Positions 1-10,060 of a stretch of 64,000 nucleotides of DNA are shown piece after piece. The position numbers and the translations under genes are program-made. Positions within the stretch are counted from its first letter, which is position 1, and each line of letters starts with the position of its first letter. This stretch comes from Planctomycetota bacterium (GTDB lineage: Bacteria; Planctomycetota; B15-G4; SIAN01), in the NCBI GenBank assembly GCA_031409275.1, contig JANNXA010000007.1, positions 68,770-132,769 on the forward strand, written 5' to 3'. The notes beneath the pieces are model-generated. The model ran no database searches. It was given only the letters and a program-made list of their open reading frames with translations, and had not been told where the DNA came from.

Positions 1-1665
1 CTCAAGTGCGATGTCGCCTCGAATCCGCAATCGCACCTCTACGACCCCACCGCCGATGCCTGGACGATCCTTGCCGACACTCCGGTCGACCTGGTCGGCA
101 ACACGAGTGACATCGGCCCCGCGATCTTCCGGAACGACGGCAGCTGCGTCTGTTTCGGTGCGACGCAGCACAATTGCCAATACGTACCCGCGGCCACGCC
201 CGGTGGCGTCGGAACCTGGACGCAGCTGGCCGACTACCCGAAAGTCAACGGGAGCCTTGTGACGGCGGACTACTCGAGCGCGGTCCTGCTTCCCAATGGC
301 GACATCTTCTGCGCGCTCGGCGACCCGCAGCGAGCGCCGACCTACTTCTTCACGTTCGATGGTGTCACCTTCACGCGAATCACGGACGCGCCGAACCAAT
401 CGGGAGTCGCGTACGCGGGGCGCCTGCTGTTGCTCCCCTCCGGCGAGGTCCTCTACACCAACGGCGATGTCTCCCTCTACTCGCCGGACGGTGCCCCCGA
501 CCCGAGTTGGAAGCCCACGATCACCGCCGTCCCGCGCGACTTGATCCCCGGCACGACCTATCGCGTCGAGGGCACGCAGCTGAACGGCCGCTCGAACGGC
601 TCCAACTACGGCAACGGCGCCGGGATCGCCACCAACTACCCGCTCGTCCGGCTGCGCTTCGAGAACAGCGGCCATGTCGTCTACTGCCGCGCCTTCGAGC
701 CCAGCACGATGGGCTACGCGACCGGCGCCGCGCTCCACTCGACCCGCTTCGTCGTGCCGAGCGGCGAGACCGGACCGGCGCTGCTCGAGGTCTGCGCCAA
801 CGGCATCGCGTCGGACAGCGTGAGCGTCACCGTCCGCGACCCGATCGCGATCGACTTCGACGCGCTCACGCTCGGCAGCGTCGTGACCAGCCAATACGCG
901 GACGCGACCTTCTCCGCCGAGAGCGGCCACGAGAACCTCGTCGTCGCAGCGACCGCCGGAGCGAGCGCGCCGCACATGCTCGCCACCGCGCCGATCGGTG
1001 GACTCCCCGACGGCTCTCACTCCACGATCGTCGACTTCCCCTGCCCGGTCGCCTCGCTCTCCTTCGCCGCGATCGGCGTCGACAGCGTCGGCACCGCAGC
1101 CACTGTCGATGTCTGGAGCGCTGGCATTCTCGCCGGCTCGATCGACGTGGCTGGCACCGGCACGCCGGGCGTCCCGGTGCGCATCGACCTCACCTCCTTC
1201 ACCGAGGTCACGCGCCTCGAGATCCGCTCGATCGCCGACGTCGGCGGCATCGGCTGGGACGACTTCCTCTTCTGCGAAGCAACCACCGCCGCGTGGAGCA
1301 ACTACGGCGCCGGCTGGCCCGGCACGCTCGGAGTGCCCGGTTTCACCTGCAGCACGCAGCCGGTGATCGGCACGACGCTCACCGCGAGGATCGACAACTC
1401 CGCCGGGATCACCACCATCGCCGTGGTCCTGCTCGGAGTGCAACAGGCCCAGATCCCCACTCGCAAGGGCGGCGACTTCCTCGTGCTGCCGTTGCTCTCC
1501 TTCACGTTTTCGATGCCGCCCGGCACCCTCACGCTCAATGCCGACCTCGACGACGACCCGACGCTGTGCGGCCTCGAGTTCTTCGCGCAGGCGCTCGAGC
1601 TCGATTCCGGCGCGAGCGGCGGCCTCTCCTTCACGCCGGGATTGAAGCTCGTGCTCGGCCACTGA
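1..1665 (+). CDS. 5'-truncated Kelch/beta-propeller-like protein with C-terminal beta-rich domain (WSNYGAGWPGTLGVP...GLKLVLGH)
   Basis: Frame 1 is open from base 1 (LKCDVASNPQSHLYDPTADAW...) into ORF 259..1665; Kelch-like LYDP..W and LLPNG/LLPSGEVL motifs; TNYPLVRL motif. Confidence 0.7.
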   Translation, partial: LKCDVASNPQSHLYDPTADAWTILADTPVDLVGNTSDIGPAIFRNDGSCVCFGATQHNCQYVPAATPGGVGTWTQLADYPKVNGSLVTADYSSAVLLPNGDIFCALGDPQRAPTYFFTFDGVTFTRITDAPNQSGVAYAGRLLLLPSGEVLYTNGDVSLYSPDGAPDPSWKPTITAVPRDLIPGTTYRVEGTQLNGRSNGSNYGNGAGIATNYPLVRLRFENSGHVVYCRAFEPSTMGYATGAALHSTRFVVPSGETGPALLEVCANGIASDSVSVTVRDPIAIDFDALTLGSVVTSQYADATFSAESGHENLVVAATAGASAPHMLATAPIGGLPDGSHSTIVDFPCPVASLSFAAIGVDSVGTAATVDVWSAGILAGSIDVAGTGTPGVPVRIDLTSFTEVTRLEIRSIADVGGIGWDDFLFCEATTAAWSNYGAGWPGTLGVPGFTCSTQPVIGTTLTARIDNSAGITTIAVVLLGVQQAQIPTRKGGDFLVLPLLSFTFSMPPGTLTLNADLDDDPTLCGLEFFAQALELDSGASGGLSFTPGLKLVLGH

Positions 1666-1943
1666 TCGAAGCCCAAGCCCGCTCGCGAGGCAGCCGACGC
1701 CCGATGCACGGCGGCGCGTCGTGAGCGGCGCCGGCTAGCGGGCCTGGGACGCACTGGCGTTCTCGTCGCCCGCACGATGCCTGCCTGACCTTCGACACCG
1801 AGAAGAACACCTGCCGCCGCGTCGAACTGCGGTTCGACACTGTCGCCCAGAGTTGACCGGAGACGCCCGCAAACGCGGGCTTCGTTTCACCGCGGCTACC
1901 ATGCGCGTTCGTCGCGAACGGAGAGGCTCGCGACGCGCTGGAT

Positions 1944-2945
1944 GTGCCGCCTGTGACGAACCGATCTCCTGCGGTGGCCGCGCCGTCCCCTGGACTGGTG
2001 CGCGTGCTGTGGCTCGCCGGCCTCTACAACCTGGCGTGGGGCGCGTTCGCGGTCCTCTTCCCCTCCACGCTGTTTCACTGGTGTGGGATGGCGCCGCCCG
2101 ACTACCTGTGGTTGTGGCAATGCATCGGGATGATCGTCGGCGTCTACGGAGTCGGCTACCTGATCGCCGCCCGCGATCCGCGCCGCCACTGGCCCATCGT
2201 GCTGGTGGGCCTGCTCGGGAAGATCTTCGGCCCGCTCGGCTTTGCGATGCAACTGGCCGATGGCGCGGTGCCGCTGCGATTCGGCGCCACGATCCTCACC
2301 AATGACCTGATCTGGTGGGTGCCGTTCACGTTGCTGCTGTGGGATGCGGCGCGCTCCGCCGACGCGCCCGCTTCCAACACGCCACTGCAGTCGGTCGCGG
2401 AAGCGCTTGCCACGCGAAGCGTCGAGGGCGGTCGCGACGCGGGTGTGGCGCTCGATGCACTGTCGCGGTCCGCTCCGCTGCTGATCGTCTTCCTGCGCCA
2501 CTCCGGCTGCACGTTCTGTCGCGAAGCGCTCGCCGACCTCGCCGCGCAACGAACGCGGATCGAAGCCGATGGCACGCGCCTGCTCCTCGTTCACCTCGCG
2601 AGCGACGCGGATGCCGCCGCGTTCTTCCGCGGCTTTCGACTCGACGACGTGGCGCGAATCGCCGATCCGCAGCGCTCGCTCTATCGCGCCTTCGCGCTCG
2701 GACGCGGGAGCTTCTGGCAACTGTTCGGGCCGCGCATCTGGTGGCGCGGCTTCATGGCCGGTGTGGTGCGCGGCCACGGCGTCGGCCGTCTCGCCGGCGA
2801 TGGGTTCCAGATGCCCGGCACTTTCCTCGTGAAGGATGGCGCGATCGTCGCCGGCCGCGCGCATCGCGACGCCGCGGAACGGCCCGACTACGCCGCGCTG
2901 GCCTGCTCGGTACGCGGTCCATCAACGCGGGAAGCTCCTCGATGA
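1944..2945 (+). CDS. membrane-anchored AhpC/TSA-like (SelL-related) redox protein
   Basis: About 4 N-terminal TM helices followed by a thioredoxin-fold domain with VFLRHSGCTFCRE (CxxC) and GDGFQMPG; start uncertain. Confidence 0.8.
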   Translation: MPPVTNRSPAVAAPSPGLVRVLWLAGLYNLAWGAFAVLFPSTLFHWCGMAPPDYLWLWQCIGMIVGVYGVGYLIAARDPRRHWPIVLVGLLGKIFGPLGFAMQLADGAVPLRFGATILTNDLIWWVPFTLLLWDAARSADAPASNTPLQSVAEALATRSVEGGRDAGVALDALSRSAPLLIVFLRHSGCTFCREALADLAAQRTRIEADGTRLLLVHLASDADAAAFFRGFRLDDVARIADPQRSLYRAFALGRGSFWQLFGPRIWWRGFMAGVVRGHGVGRLAGDGFQMPGTFLVKDGAIVAGRAHRDAAERPDYAALACSVRGPSTREAPR

Positions 2946-3382
2946 CCCTCCCCACGATCGAGCTGCGAGTCGTCCATGCGCTGGCCACGCTGCCGTTGGC
3001 GGGACTGATCTGGACCGTGCAGCTGGTCCACTACCCGCTCTTCGAACAGGTCGGCGAGGAGGCGTGGCCCGCCTATCACCGACGGCACTGCGCGCGCATG
3101 AGCTGGCTGGTGGGACCGCTCATGGCGGTCGAGGCACTGGCGGCGGCACTGCTGCTGACCGACGCCTGGCAGCGAGGCGATCGAGCCGCGCTCGAAACGG
3201 CCGGCGCACTGCTCGTCCTCGTCCACGGAGCGTCGACGGCGTTCGTGCAGATGCCACTGCACGCGGCGCTCGGCCGCGGCTTCGACCGCCGCCGCATCGC
3301 GCTCCTCGTTTCCACCAACTGGGTGCGGACGCTGGCGTGGTCGGCACGTGCGTGGATCGCGGTCGAACTGCTGCGGCGTTAG
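2942..3382 (+). CDS. hypothetical membrane protein
   Basis: ATG overlaps the upstream stop (ATGA); GLIWTVQLVHYPLF and NWVRTLAW segments; 4 hydrophobic stretches. Confidence 0.75.
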   Translation: MTLPTIELRVVHALATLPLAGLIWTVQLVHYPLFEQVGEEAWPAYHRRHCARMSWLVGPLMAVEALAAALLLTDAWQRGDRAALETAGALLVLVHGASTAFVQMPLHAALGRGFDRRRIALLVSTNWVRTLAWSARAWIAVELLRR

Positions 3383-4287
3383 CCCGGCTCGGCGGGACTC
3401 TCGGCCTCCGGTTTCGCATGTCGCGGCGCGGTCGTGATGCGTTCCACCTCGGCACGCGCTTCCGCCTCGGCCTGCGCCTGCTCGTCGTCCTCGGCCACGA
3501 AGCCGAGCGTCGGCGGCGCCTTCAACTCCTCCTCGCTTGGCGCCTTGCTCGACCACAGCTCGGCGGCCGGTTCCCACCGTTCGGGGATCTCGCGCAGCGC
3601 CTCGATCACGATCTCGCCGAACGCCGCGTCCTGCACCGCCCGGATCACGCAGGCGCGCATCAGCTCGAGCACCGCGAGGAAGTGGCCGATCAGGTCGACC
3701 CGCGAGGTGTCGCTCTTGAAGATCTCGTGGAACGCCAGCTTCGGCGATGCGCGCAGCGCGCCGAGCAGGTCGCCGATGTAGTCGGAGAGCGGGCGATCGG
3801 CGACGATCGTCTTTCCGCTCTGCTGGTCGAGGCCGGTGTCGGCGAGCACCTTCCGGAACGCCTCGACCAGATGCCACAGCCCGAGCTCTTCGAGCGGCAC
3901 GCCGGCGTCGGTCACCTGCGGCCGACTCTGGTGGATCAGGTCGCGTCCCACCGAGCGGCGATCGAGGATGCGCGTCGCCTCCTTCAGCTGCCGGTACTCG
4001 AGGAGCCGCTGGATCAGCTCCTCCTCGGGATCGAGCTCGCGCGCCAGATCGACCTCTTCGCGCGGCAGGAGGCTCCTCGCCTTGATCGCCATCAGCGTCG
4101 TCGCCATGACGAGGAACTCGCCGGCGGTGTCGACGTCGATCGACTTCAGGTCCTTCAGGTGCGCGAGGTACTGGTCGCAGATGCGGATCAGCGACACCTC
4201 GCGGATGTCCATCTCCTCCTTCTGCACCAGGTAGAGCAGGAGGTCGAGCGGACCCGCGAAATTGCCGAGTTCGAAGTGGTGGTCCAT
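3379..4287 (-). CDS. scpA: segregation and condensation protein A
   Basis: N-terminal FAGPLDLLLYLV and EFLVMATTLMAIKARSLLP; C-terminal FLAVLEL...QDAAFGEI. Confidence 0.92.
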   Translation of the reverse strand: MDHHFELGNFAGPLDLLLYLVQKEEMDIREVSLIRICDQYLAHLKDLKSIDVDTAGEFLVMATTLMAIKARSLLPREEVDLARELDPEEELIQRLLEYRQLKEATRILDRRSVGRDLIHQSRPQVTDAGVPLEELGLWHLVEAFRKVLADTGLDQQSGKTIVADRPLSDYIGDLLGALRASPKLAFHEIFKSDTSRVDLIGHFLAVLELMRACVIRAVQDAAFGEIVIEALREIPERWEPAAELWSSKAPSEEELKAPPTLGFVAEDDEQAQAEAEARAEVERITTAPRHAKPEAESPAEPG

Positions 4288-4294
4288 CGCGTCG

Positions 4295-5023
4295 TCAGCG
4301 GCCGTAGCCGTACAGCGGCATGCCGCCCGGCATCAGCGCACCCCACAGATCGCCAAGCGGGAAGAGGATCGAGCGCTGCATCTGGCTCAACACGCCAAAC
4401 CACATCAACGCGAGCAGCAGGAGGATCCCTGCGCCTCCGCTCAGGCGGTAGTAGAGCTCGCGCAGCTTCGGCGGCAGGAAGTAGCCCGCCACGCGATGGC
4501 CGTCGAGCGGCGGGATCGGGAGCATGTTGAAGACCGCGAGGTTCAGGTTGAGCTGGATCGCCTGGATGATCATCAGCGACGACAACTTGCCTGGATCGAT
4601 GTTGCGCAACTCGGTGTGGAACCAGTAGGCGGCCGTGAAGAAGAGCGCCAGCAGGATGTTCATCGCCGGCCCGGCCGCCGAGGTCAGCATCATGTCGCGC
4701 GTCGGCTTGCGCAGATTGAAGGGATTCACGGGAACCGGCTTGGCGGCGCAGATGCCGATCGGCGTGCCCTGCAGCGGACCGAACAACATCATCAGCGGCA
4801 TGATCACCGTGAAGAACAGGTCCATGTGGACGATCGGGTTCAGCGTCAGCCGGCCCATGCGCTCGGCGGTGTCATCACCGAGCTGCTTCGCGCTCCAGGC
4901 GTGGCCGTACTCGTGGAACGACAGCGAGATCAGCAGCAGCACGTAGAAGACGATCTTCGAGATCGTCACTTCGTCGAGGTCCATCGCCGCGTAGCGCGCC
5001 GGCTCGAAGAGGAAGGCGGGCAT
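4295..5023 (-). CDS. site-2 protease family (M50) membrane metalloprotease
   Basis: HEYGH zinc motif, GRLTLNP, AGPAMN, FNMLPIPPLDG; start at 5023 or 4984. Confidence 0.9.
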   Translation of the reverse strand: MPAFLFEPARYAAMDLDEVTISKIVFYVLLLISLSFHEYGHAWSAKQLGDDTAERMGRLTLNPIVHMDLFFTVIMPLMMLFGPLQGTPIGICAAKPVPVNPFNLRKPTRDMMLTSAAGPAMNILLALFFTAAYWFHTELRNIDPGKLSSLMIIQAIQLNLNLAVFNMLPIPPLDGHRVAGYFLPPKLRELYYRLSGGAGILLLLALMWFGVLSQMQRSILFPLGDLWGALMPGGMPLYGYGR

Positions 5024-5167
5024 GGCGACGGCAACCACTCCTCGGGCGGCGCGGCGCGCGGCCCGGTCAGGGAAGTCGGACGGGGGACGCGGGTACCATA
5101 CTTCGCGCCCGCGCCCCCCGGAACCCGCGCGCAACGAGCCGGTGGCCGCGCTTCGCGCACGAGGACC

Positions 5168-6166
5168 ATGGCCGACAACGACTTGTCCCCGCCGGCGCTG
5201 CTGCGTGCGGCGCGCGACGTCCTCGAACAGGAGGCGCGCGCCATCCTGCGTCTCGCCGAGCAGCTCGGGCCGGCGTTCCTCCAAGCGGCCGAGTTGCTGC
5301 GCGCCTGTCGCGGGATGGTCGTCGTCACCGGCATGGGCAAGGCGGGTCTCGTGGGCGCCAAGCTCTCGGCGACCCTCGCGTCGACCGGAACGCGTTCGCA
5401 CTTCCTCCACCCCGCTGAAGCCGCCCACGGCGACCTCGGCCGCCTCGACGAGCAGGACCTCGTGTTGGCGCTGTCGTTCTCCGGCACCACCGAGGAGGTC
5501 GTGCGGCTGCTCGAGCCGATCCGTCGCATCGGCGCCCGGTTGATCGCGCTGACCGGCCACCCGGAGAGCCCGCTCGGGCGCTACGCCGACCACGTGCTCG
5601 ACGTCGGCAAGGTCGTCGAGGCGTGCCCGCTCGGGCTCGCCCCCACCACCAGCACGTCGGTGATGCTCGCGCTCGGCGACGCGCTGGCGCTGACGGTGAT
5701 GCGGCTGCGCAACTTCTCGCCGGAGGATTTCGCGCGCTTCCACCCGGCCGGCGCGCTGGGGCGCAAGCTGCTGACCGTCGGCGAGGTGATGCGGCGCGGT
5801 CGCGATGCGCCGATCGTCGCGTGCGGAACGCGGTTGATCGACGCCGTGAAGGCGATGACCGACACGCGCGCCGGCGCCGTCACCGTGGTGGACGCCGGCG
5901 GCAAGGCGATCGGCTTCTACACCGATGGCGATCTGCGCCGGAACCTGCTGCAGCGCGAAGACCACGGCAGCGTCGACCTCGCCGGGCCAACCATCGACGA
6001 CGTGATGACGCGCTCGCCAAAGACCATCGGACCGAGCCACCTCGCCACCGAGGCGCTGCACGTCATGAAAGAGCGGCAGTTTGACCAGATCCTGGTCGTC
6101 ACCGACGATGGGCGCCCCGCCGGCCTGCTCGACGTGCAGGACCTGCTGCGGGTCGGCCTCGTCTAA
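5168..6166 (+). CDS. kdsD: KpsF/GutQ family arabinose-5-phosphate isomerase (SIS + CBS)
   Basis: TGMGKAG, ASTGT..FLHPAEAAHGDLG, EACPLGLAPTTST, FHPAGALG, CBS pair; GAGGA RBS. Confidence 0.92.
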   Translation: MADNDLSPPALLRAARDVLEQEARAILRLAEQLGPAFLQAAELLRACRGMVVVTGMGKAGLVGAKLSATLASTGTRSHFLHPAEAAHGDLGRLDEQDLVLALSFSGTTEEVVRLLEPIRRIGARLIALTGHPESPLGRYADHVLDVGKVVEACPLGLAPTTSTSVMLALGDALALTVMRLRNFSPEDFARFHPAGALGRKLLTVGEVMRRGRDAPIVACGTRLIDAVKAMTDTRAGAVTVVDAGGKAIGFYTDGDLRRNLLQREDHGSVDLAGPTIDDVMTRSPKTIGPSHLATEALHVMKERQFDQILVVTDDGRPAGLLDVQDLLRVGLV

Positions 6167-6324
6167 CGACCCGCTCACCGGAAACCGCACTCTCCGCGCA
6201 GAAATTGGCATCTGCGGCGCCGCTGAAATTCCTATTCAGCACGCTGCCGCACGTCATTTCGAGTGATGGTGCGGAAACAGCGGGAGAAAGATCCCCGCCA
6301 CCTGAGTTGATTGAGGGAGCCTCC

Positions 6325-6891
6325 ATGGTGCGGAAAGCGAAATCGGAGAAGTCAGCCGGGCCTGCGCCGCTCGAGCGCAAGCAGCTCGCGCGCATCGTGC
6401 TTCTGGCGATGGATGTCGACGGAACGCTCACCGACGGCACCATCTCGCTGTCGGAGTCGGGCGAGGAAACCAAGGCGTTTCACTCGCGCGACGGCATCGG
6501 GCTGCGGCTCTGGAAGCTGGCCGGCCACGAGTCGGCGTTCATCACGGCACGCCGCAGCAAGGCCGTGACGCGCCGCGCGGGCGAAATCGGCGTGCGCGAC
6601 GTGATCCTCGGCTCGAACGACAAAGGCGCGTCCTTGCGCGAGCTCTGCACCAAGCGCGGGGTCGCGCTCGACCAGGTCGCCTTCATGGGTGACGACCTGC
6701 AGGACCTCGCGGCGCTGCAGATCGCCGGCTTCTCAGTCGCTGTCGCTGACGCGCCGATCGAAGTGCGCCAGCGCGTCCACCTCGTCACCCGCGCGCGCGG
6801 CGGCGAGGCCGCGGTGCGTGAAGCGATCGAGACGATCCTGAAAGCACAGGGCCGCTTCACCGCCGCCGTCGCCCAGTTCGCGCGCGACTGA
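6325..6891 (+). CDS. kdsC: 3-deoxy-D-manno-octulosonate 8-phosphate phosphatase (HAD)
   Basis: MDVDGTLTDG, KAFHSRDGIG, FMGDDLQD, GGEAAVRE; follows kdsD. Confidence 0.92.
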   Translation: MVRKAKSEKSAGPAPLERKQLARIVLLAMDVDGTLTDGTISLSESGEETKAFHSRDGIGLRLWKLAGHESAFITARRSKAVTRRAGEIGVRDVILGSNDKGASLRELCTKRGVALDQVAFMGDDLQDLAALQIAGFSVAVADAPIEVRQRVHLVTRARGGEAAVREAIETILKAQGRFTAAVAQFARD

Positions 6892-6919
6892 CGCCGATTC
6901 CTTTACTCTCTCGCCTTCG

Positions 6920-9900
6920 ATGAAGCGCCTGCTCATCTTCGGCTCGATCTTCGGCTTCGGGCTCCTGGTGTTGGTGCTCGTGCTCGGGCCGAGTCGTCTC
7001 GTGCGTCAGTCGGAAGATCCGGAGATCGGCGGATCCGATCTCACGGACGTTCGTGGCGCAGTCGAGATGAAGGAGTCGAGCGCGGAAGGCCGGACCATCA
7101 GCTTCGCGATGGAAGGGGCCGGCCGTATCCCGATCTGGAAGGAGCAGCAGCTTCCCGACGGATCGCTGCAGCGGCTGAAGGCCGCGCTGCTCGCCTACCG
7201 CGGGATCGAACCGTTCGTCGGCGGCTTCCACTTCGAGCAGCCGAGCCTCGACTTCTTTCCCGGCCTCGGCGTCGACGAATCGCGATCCGCATCGATCGTC
7301 GCCGGCGGCTGCGACCTCGCGTTGCGCGGTGAAACGTCCGGCGCCACGCAGTTCTCGCAGGGACTGCGTCCCGCGGACATTCGCGCGTTCACCTTCTCGC
7401 CCGCGGTCGTCATCCAGCAGTTCGACGCCGCCGGCAACGTCACCATGCGCTTCGAGACCGAGCGCCTCGAAGCTCCCGAGGTCCCGCTCGTCGACGTGGA
7501 GGCGGCGCTCTTCCTCGAGAAGCTCGTCGCGCCAGGCGCGCTGCGCTTTCGCCAGGGCGATGGGGCCTTCGATCTGCGCGCTGGCGGACTCGAGCTCGAC
7601 CGCGCCAGCGGTCGGCTGACGCTGCAGCCGCCGCTGGTGTTGGAGGCGACTTCGCTGGCGCTGCCCGGGATGAACGGCGCGTCACCGGCGTCGCCTCCCG
7701 CAACCGCGCCCGCCGCCTCGCGCGCACCCATGACGCTGACGAGCGATGGTCCCGCTACCTTCGTCAGCGCGCCTGCCGCGACGCCCGACGGCGCCGCACG
7801 TAACGCTGCGAAACCTGCGACGGTGGATGCCGCCGCCGCCTTCGATGTCGCCAACGTCATCGGCCCAGGCGAACTCGTCTTCACCAAGAACGTCCTGCTG
7901 AAGCAGGAAGAGCGCTGGCTTCGGACCGAGCGGCTGGCGCTGACGATCGTGCGCGACGCGGCCGGCGCGCTGATCGTCTCGCATGTCGACGCGGGCCGTC
8001 CGCAAACGCCGATCGCGCTCGGCGTGATGGGCGGCGAAGGCGAAGCGACGCGGCTCGACTGGAACGCGAGCGACGAGCAGCTGACGCTGGCGGGCCCGGT
8101 TGCTCTGCACGACCTCGTGCTCGGCGAGGGCGCGGCAGCGCGCAAGCTCGAACTCTCCGCGCGCGAGCGAGTGACCATCCGTCAGCTGCCGGCGCTCGGG
8201 CAGCTGCCGGCGCGCGTCGAGGTGATCCTCGAACAGGCCGCGCATGTCGCGATCGCGGGCGAGCTCGCCGCCGACGGCGACCGTGTCGTGGCCGTGCTGC
8301 TGCCGCCGAACAAGCAGCCTGGACAGGAACGCGCGCTGCGCCTCCTGAGCGTCGAGGTCACCGGCGCGCTCGCCGTCGCCAACCTCACCGGCCGCGGTCA
8401 CGCGCAGGCGCGAACGCTGCGCCTCGGCGAAAGCGACGATGGGACGCGCACGGTTCATCTCGATGGCGACGCGCGCGCCGACTTCGATCGCGGCTTCGTG
8501 GTGGGCCCGACGCTCGACCTCACGATTCCGCCCGATCCGAAGCAGCCGACGACGGTGCTCGTGCCGCAGCTCCTCGCCGCCGAGCTGGCTCTTCCAGCCG
8601 GCGCCGCGCTGTTCGAGCCGCGCCTCGTCGGCGCGGCGCAACCGACTGCCTTGGTCGTTGCGAAGAACGACACTCCGTCACCGCCGCTCGTCCGGCGCCT
8701 CGTGATCGAGCCGGCGGGACCGTGCTCCTTCACGCAGATCGGCGAAGCCGTCGATTTAATCGGCCGTGCCTGCTACCGCGTGCGCGCGGGGGTCGATGCC
8801 GGCGCTGCGGACCTGCAGACGCTGCATGCCGACGAGCTCCATCTGCAGCCCGAGGGCGATGGCCAGTACCGCGCACGTGCGCTGGGTGACGTGACGCTGA
8901 AGGACGCTACGCGCGGACTCGACTTGCATGCCGCAACGGCGCGAACGGAGACGCAGCGGCGCGGCGATCGCGACGCGCGACTGCTGCTGCTCGACGGCGC
9001 ACCCGCACGCATCGAACGATCGGAAGCGGGCAAGGTTGACGCGCCGCTCGTCGTCGAATCGCCGTCGTTCGAGTTCGATCTCGACACCGAAGCGCTGCTG
9101 GCCGTCGATCCCGCGGGCCACGTGCGGGTCGAGGCGCCCGAAGCGCTGCTCGCCGACCTCTTCCCGAGCCACGCGTTGCCCGACCCGCCACCCGATGCCG
9201 TTCCCGCAGCGATTGCCGCCGCCGCACCGCCGTTGGTGCTCACCGCGGAACGGGTCGAGTTCACGCCCGGCGCAGGCGCCAAGCCCTTCGAAAGCGGAGC
9301 GCTGTTGCTGCACGGCGCCGTCGTCGTCGAGCGGCCGCTCGATGGCAGCACGGTCACCTGCGAGCAGCTCGCATTCGACCTCGCCGCCGGCACCGCCACG
9401 GTCGACGGACGTGAGGGCGTACCCGTCGTGCTGCGGCGACCGAAGCCCTACGACGCGACTCGGGTCGAGTCGCTGACCGCGGCATGGCTGCGGATCGACC
9501 GTCCCAAGCAGCGCATCACCGCAGCTCCCGGCTCGATCTTCGTGCTCCATCCTGAAGAGCCGCCAAGCGCGAGCCGACCGCTGCCGCCCTTGCGGCGCGT
9601 CGAGCTACGCGCGACCGACGCGCCGGAACTGCTGCGCCGCCGCCTCTCCTTCGACGGCGGTGTCGAACTCGACTTCACGTTCGGCGAGCTCACCGCCCAC
9701 GCGCGCGCCGAGCGCGCCGAGCTGCTGCTGGCGCGCGGACTCGACGAGGGCCCCTTCGAACCGCTGCGCCTCAACCTCACTCAGCGCGTGCGACTCGACT
9801 ACGGCGCCTACCACGCCACCGGCAACCTGCTCTCCTACCGAGTGCACTCCGATCCGGGCGAACGGGCCGGTCCCGGCTCGATCGAGTTGAAGGAAGGCGT

Positions 9901-10060
9901 CGAACGCGGGGCACTGCTCGGGCAGGATGACGGCGGCCGCTGGCAGGTCACCGCTTGGTTCAAGCTGATGCTGATCCATCCGCCGACGAGCGAGGATCCC
10001 GAGGAGCGGATCGAATTCGACGCACTGGAGCTCGGTGTCGAGGCGCTGCGTGGTGAGTGA
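6920..10060 (+). CDS. 1046-aa membrane-anchored beta-rich protein, probably LptC/LptA (OstA-like jellyroll) multi-domain
   Basis: One N-terminal TM anchor; OstA-like segments (ATRLDWNASDEQLTLAGPV, CEQLAFDLAAGTATVDG, ATGNLLSY); sits between kdsC and lptD; function inferred. Confidence 0.55.
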   Translation: MKRLLIFGSIFGFGLLVLVLVLGPSRLVRQSEDPEIGGSDLTDVRGAVEMKESSAEGRTISFAMEGAGRIPIWKEQQLPDGSLQRLKAALLAYRGIEPFVGGFHFEQPSLDFFPGLGVDESRSASIVAGGCDLALRGETSGATQFSQGLRPADIRAFTFSPAVVIQQFDAAGNVTMRFETERLEAPEVPLVDVEAALFLEKLVAPGALRFRQGDGAFDLRAGGLELDRASGRLTLQPPLVLEATSLALPGMNGASPASPPATAPAASRAPMTLTSDGPATFVSAPAATPDGAARNAAKPATVDAAAAFDVANVIGPGELVFTKNVLLKQEERWLRTERLALTIVRDAAGALIVSHVDAGRPQTPIALGVMGGEGEATRLDWNASDEQLTLAGPVALHDLVLGEGAAARKLELSARERVTIRQLPALGQLPARVEVILEQAAHVAIAGELAADGDRVVAVLLPPNKQPGQERALRLLSVEVTGALAVANLTGRGHAQARTLRLGESDDGTRTVHLDGDARADFDRGFVVGPTLDLTIPPDPKQPTTVLVPQLLAAELALPAGAALFEPRLVGAAQPTALVVAKNDTPSPPLVRRLVIEPAGPCSFTQIGEAVDLIGRACYRVRAGVDAGAADLQTLHADELHLQPEGDGQYRARALGDVTLKDATRGLDLHAATARTETQRRGDRDARLLLLDGAPARIERSEAGKVDAPLVVESPSFEFDLDTEALLAVDPAGHVRVEAPEALLADLFPSHALPDPPPDAVPAAIAAAAPPLVLTAERVEFTPGAGAKPFESGALLLHGAVVVERPLDGSTVTCEQLAFDLAAGTATVDGREGVPVVLRRPKPYDATRVESLTAAWLRIDRPKQRITAAPGSIFVLHPEEPPSASRPLPPLRRVELRATDAPELLRRRLSFDGGVELDFTFGELTAHARAERAELLLARGLDEGPFEPLRLNLTQRVRLDYGAYHATGNLLSYRVHSDPGERAGPGSIELKEGVERGALLGQDDGGRWQVTAWFKLMLIHPPTSEDPEERIEFDALELGVEALRGE

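Noticed and set aside
1944..2945. Fourth selenoprotein in the SelL-related gene
   Set aside because: Both CxxC positions are Cys codons (TGC, TGT); no in-frame TGA
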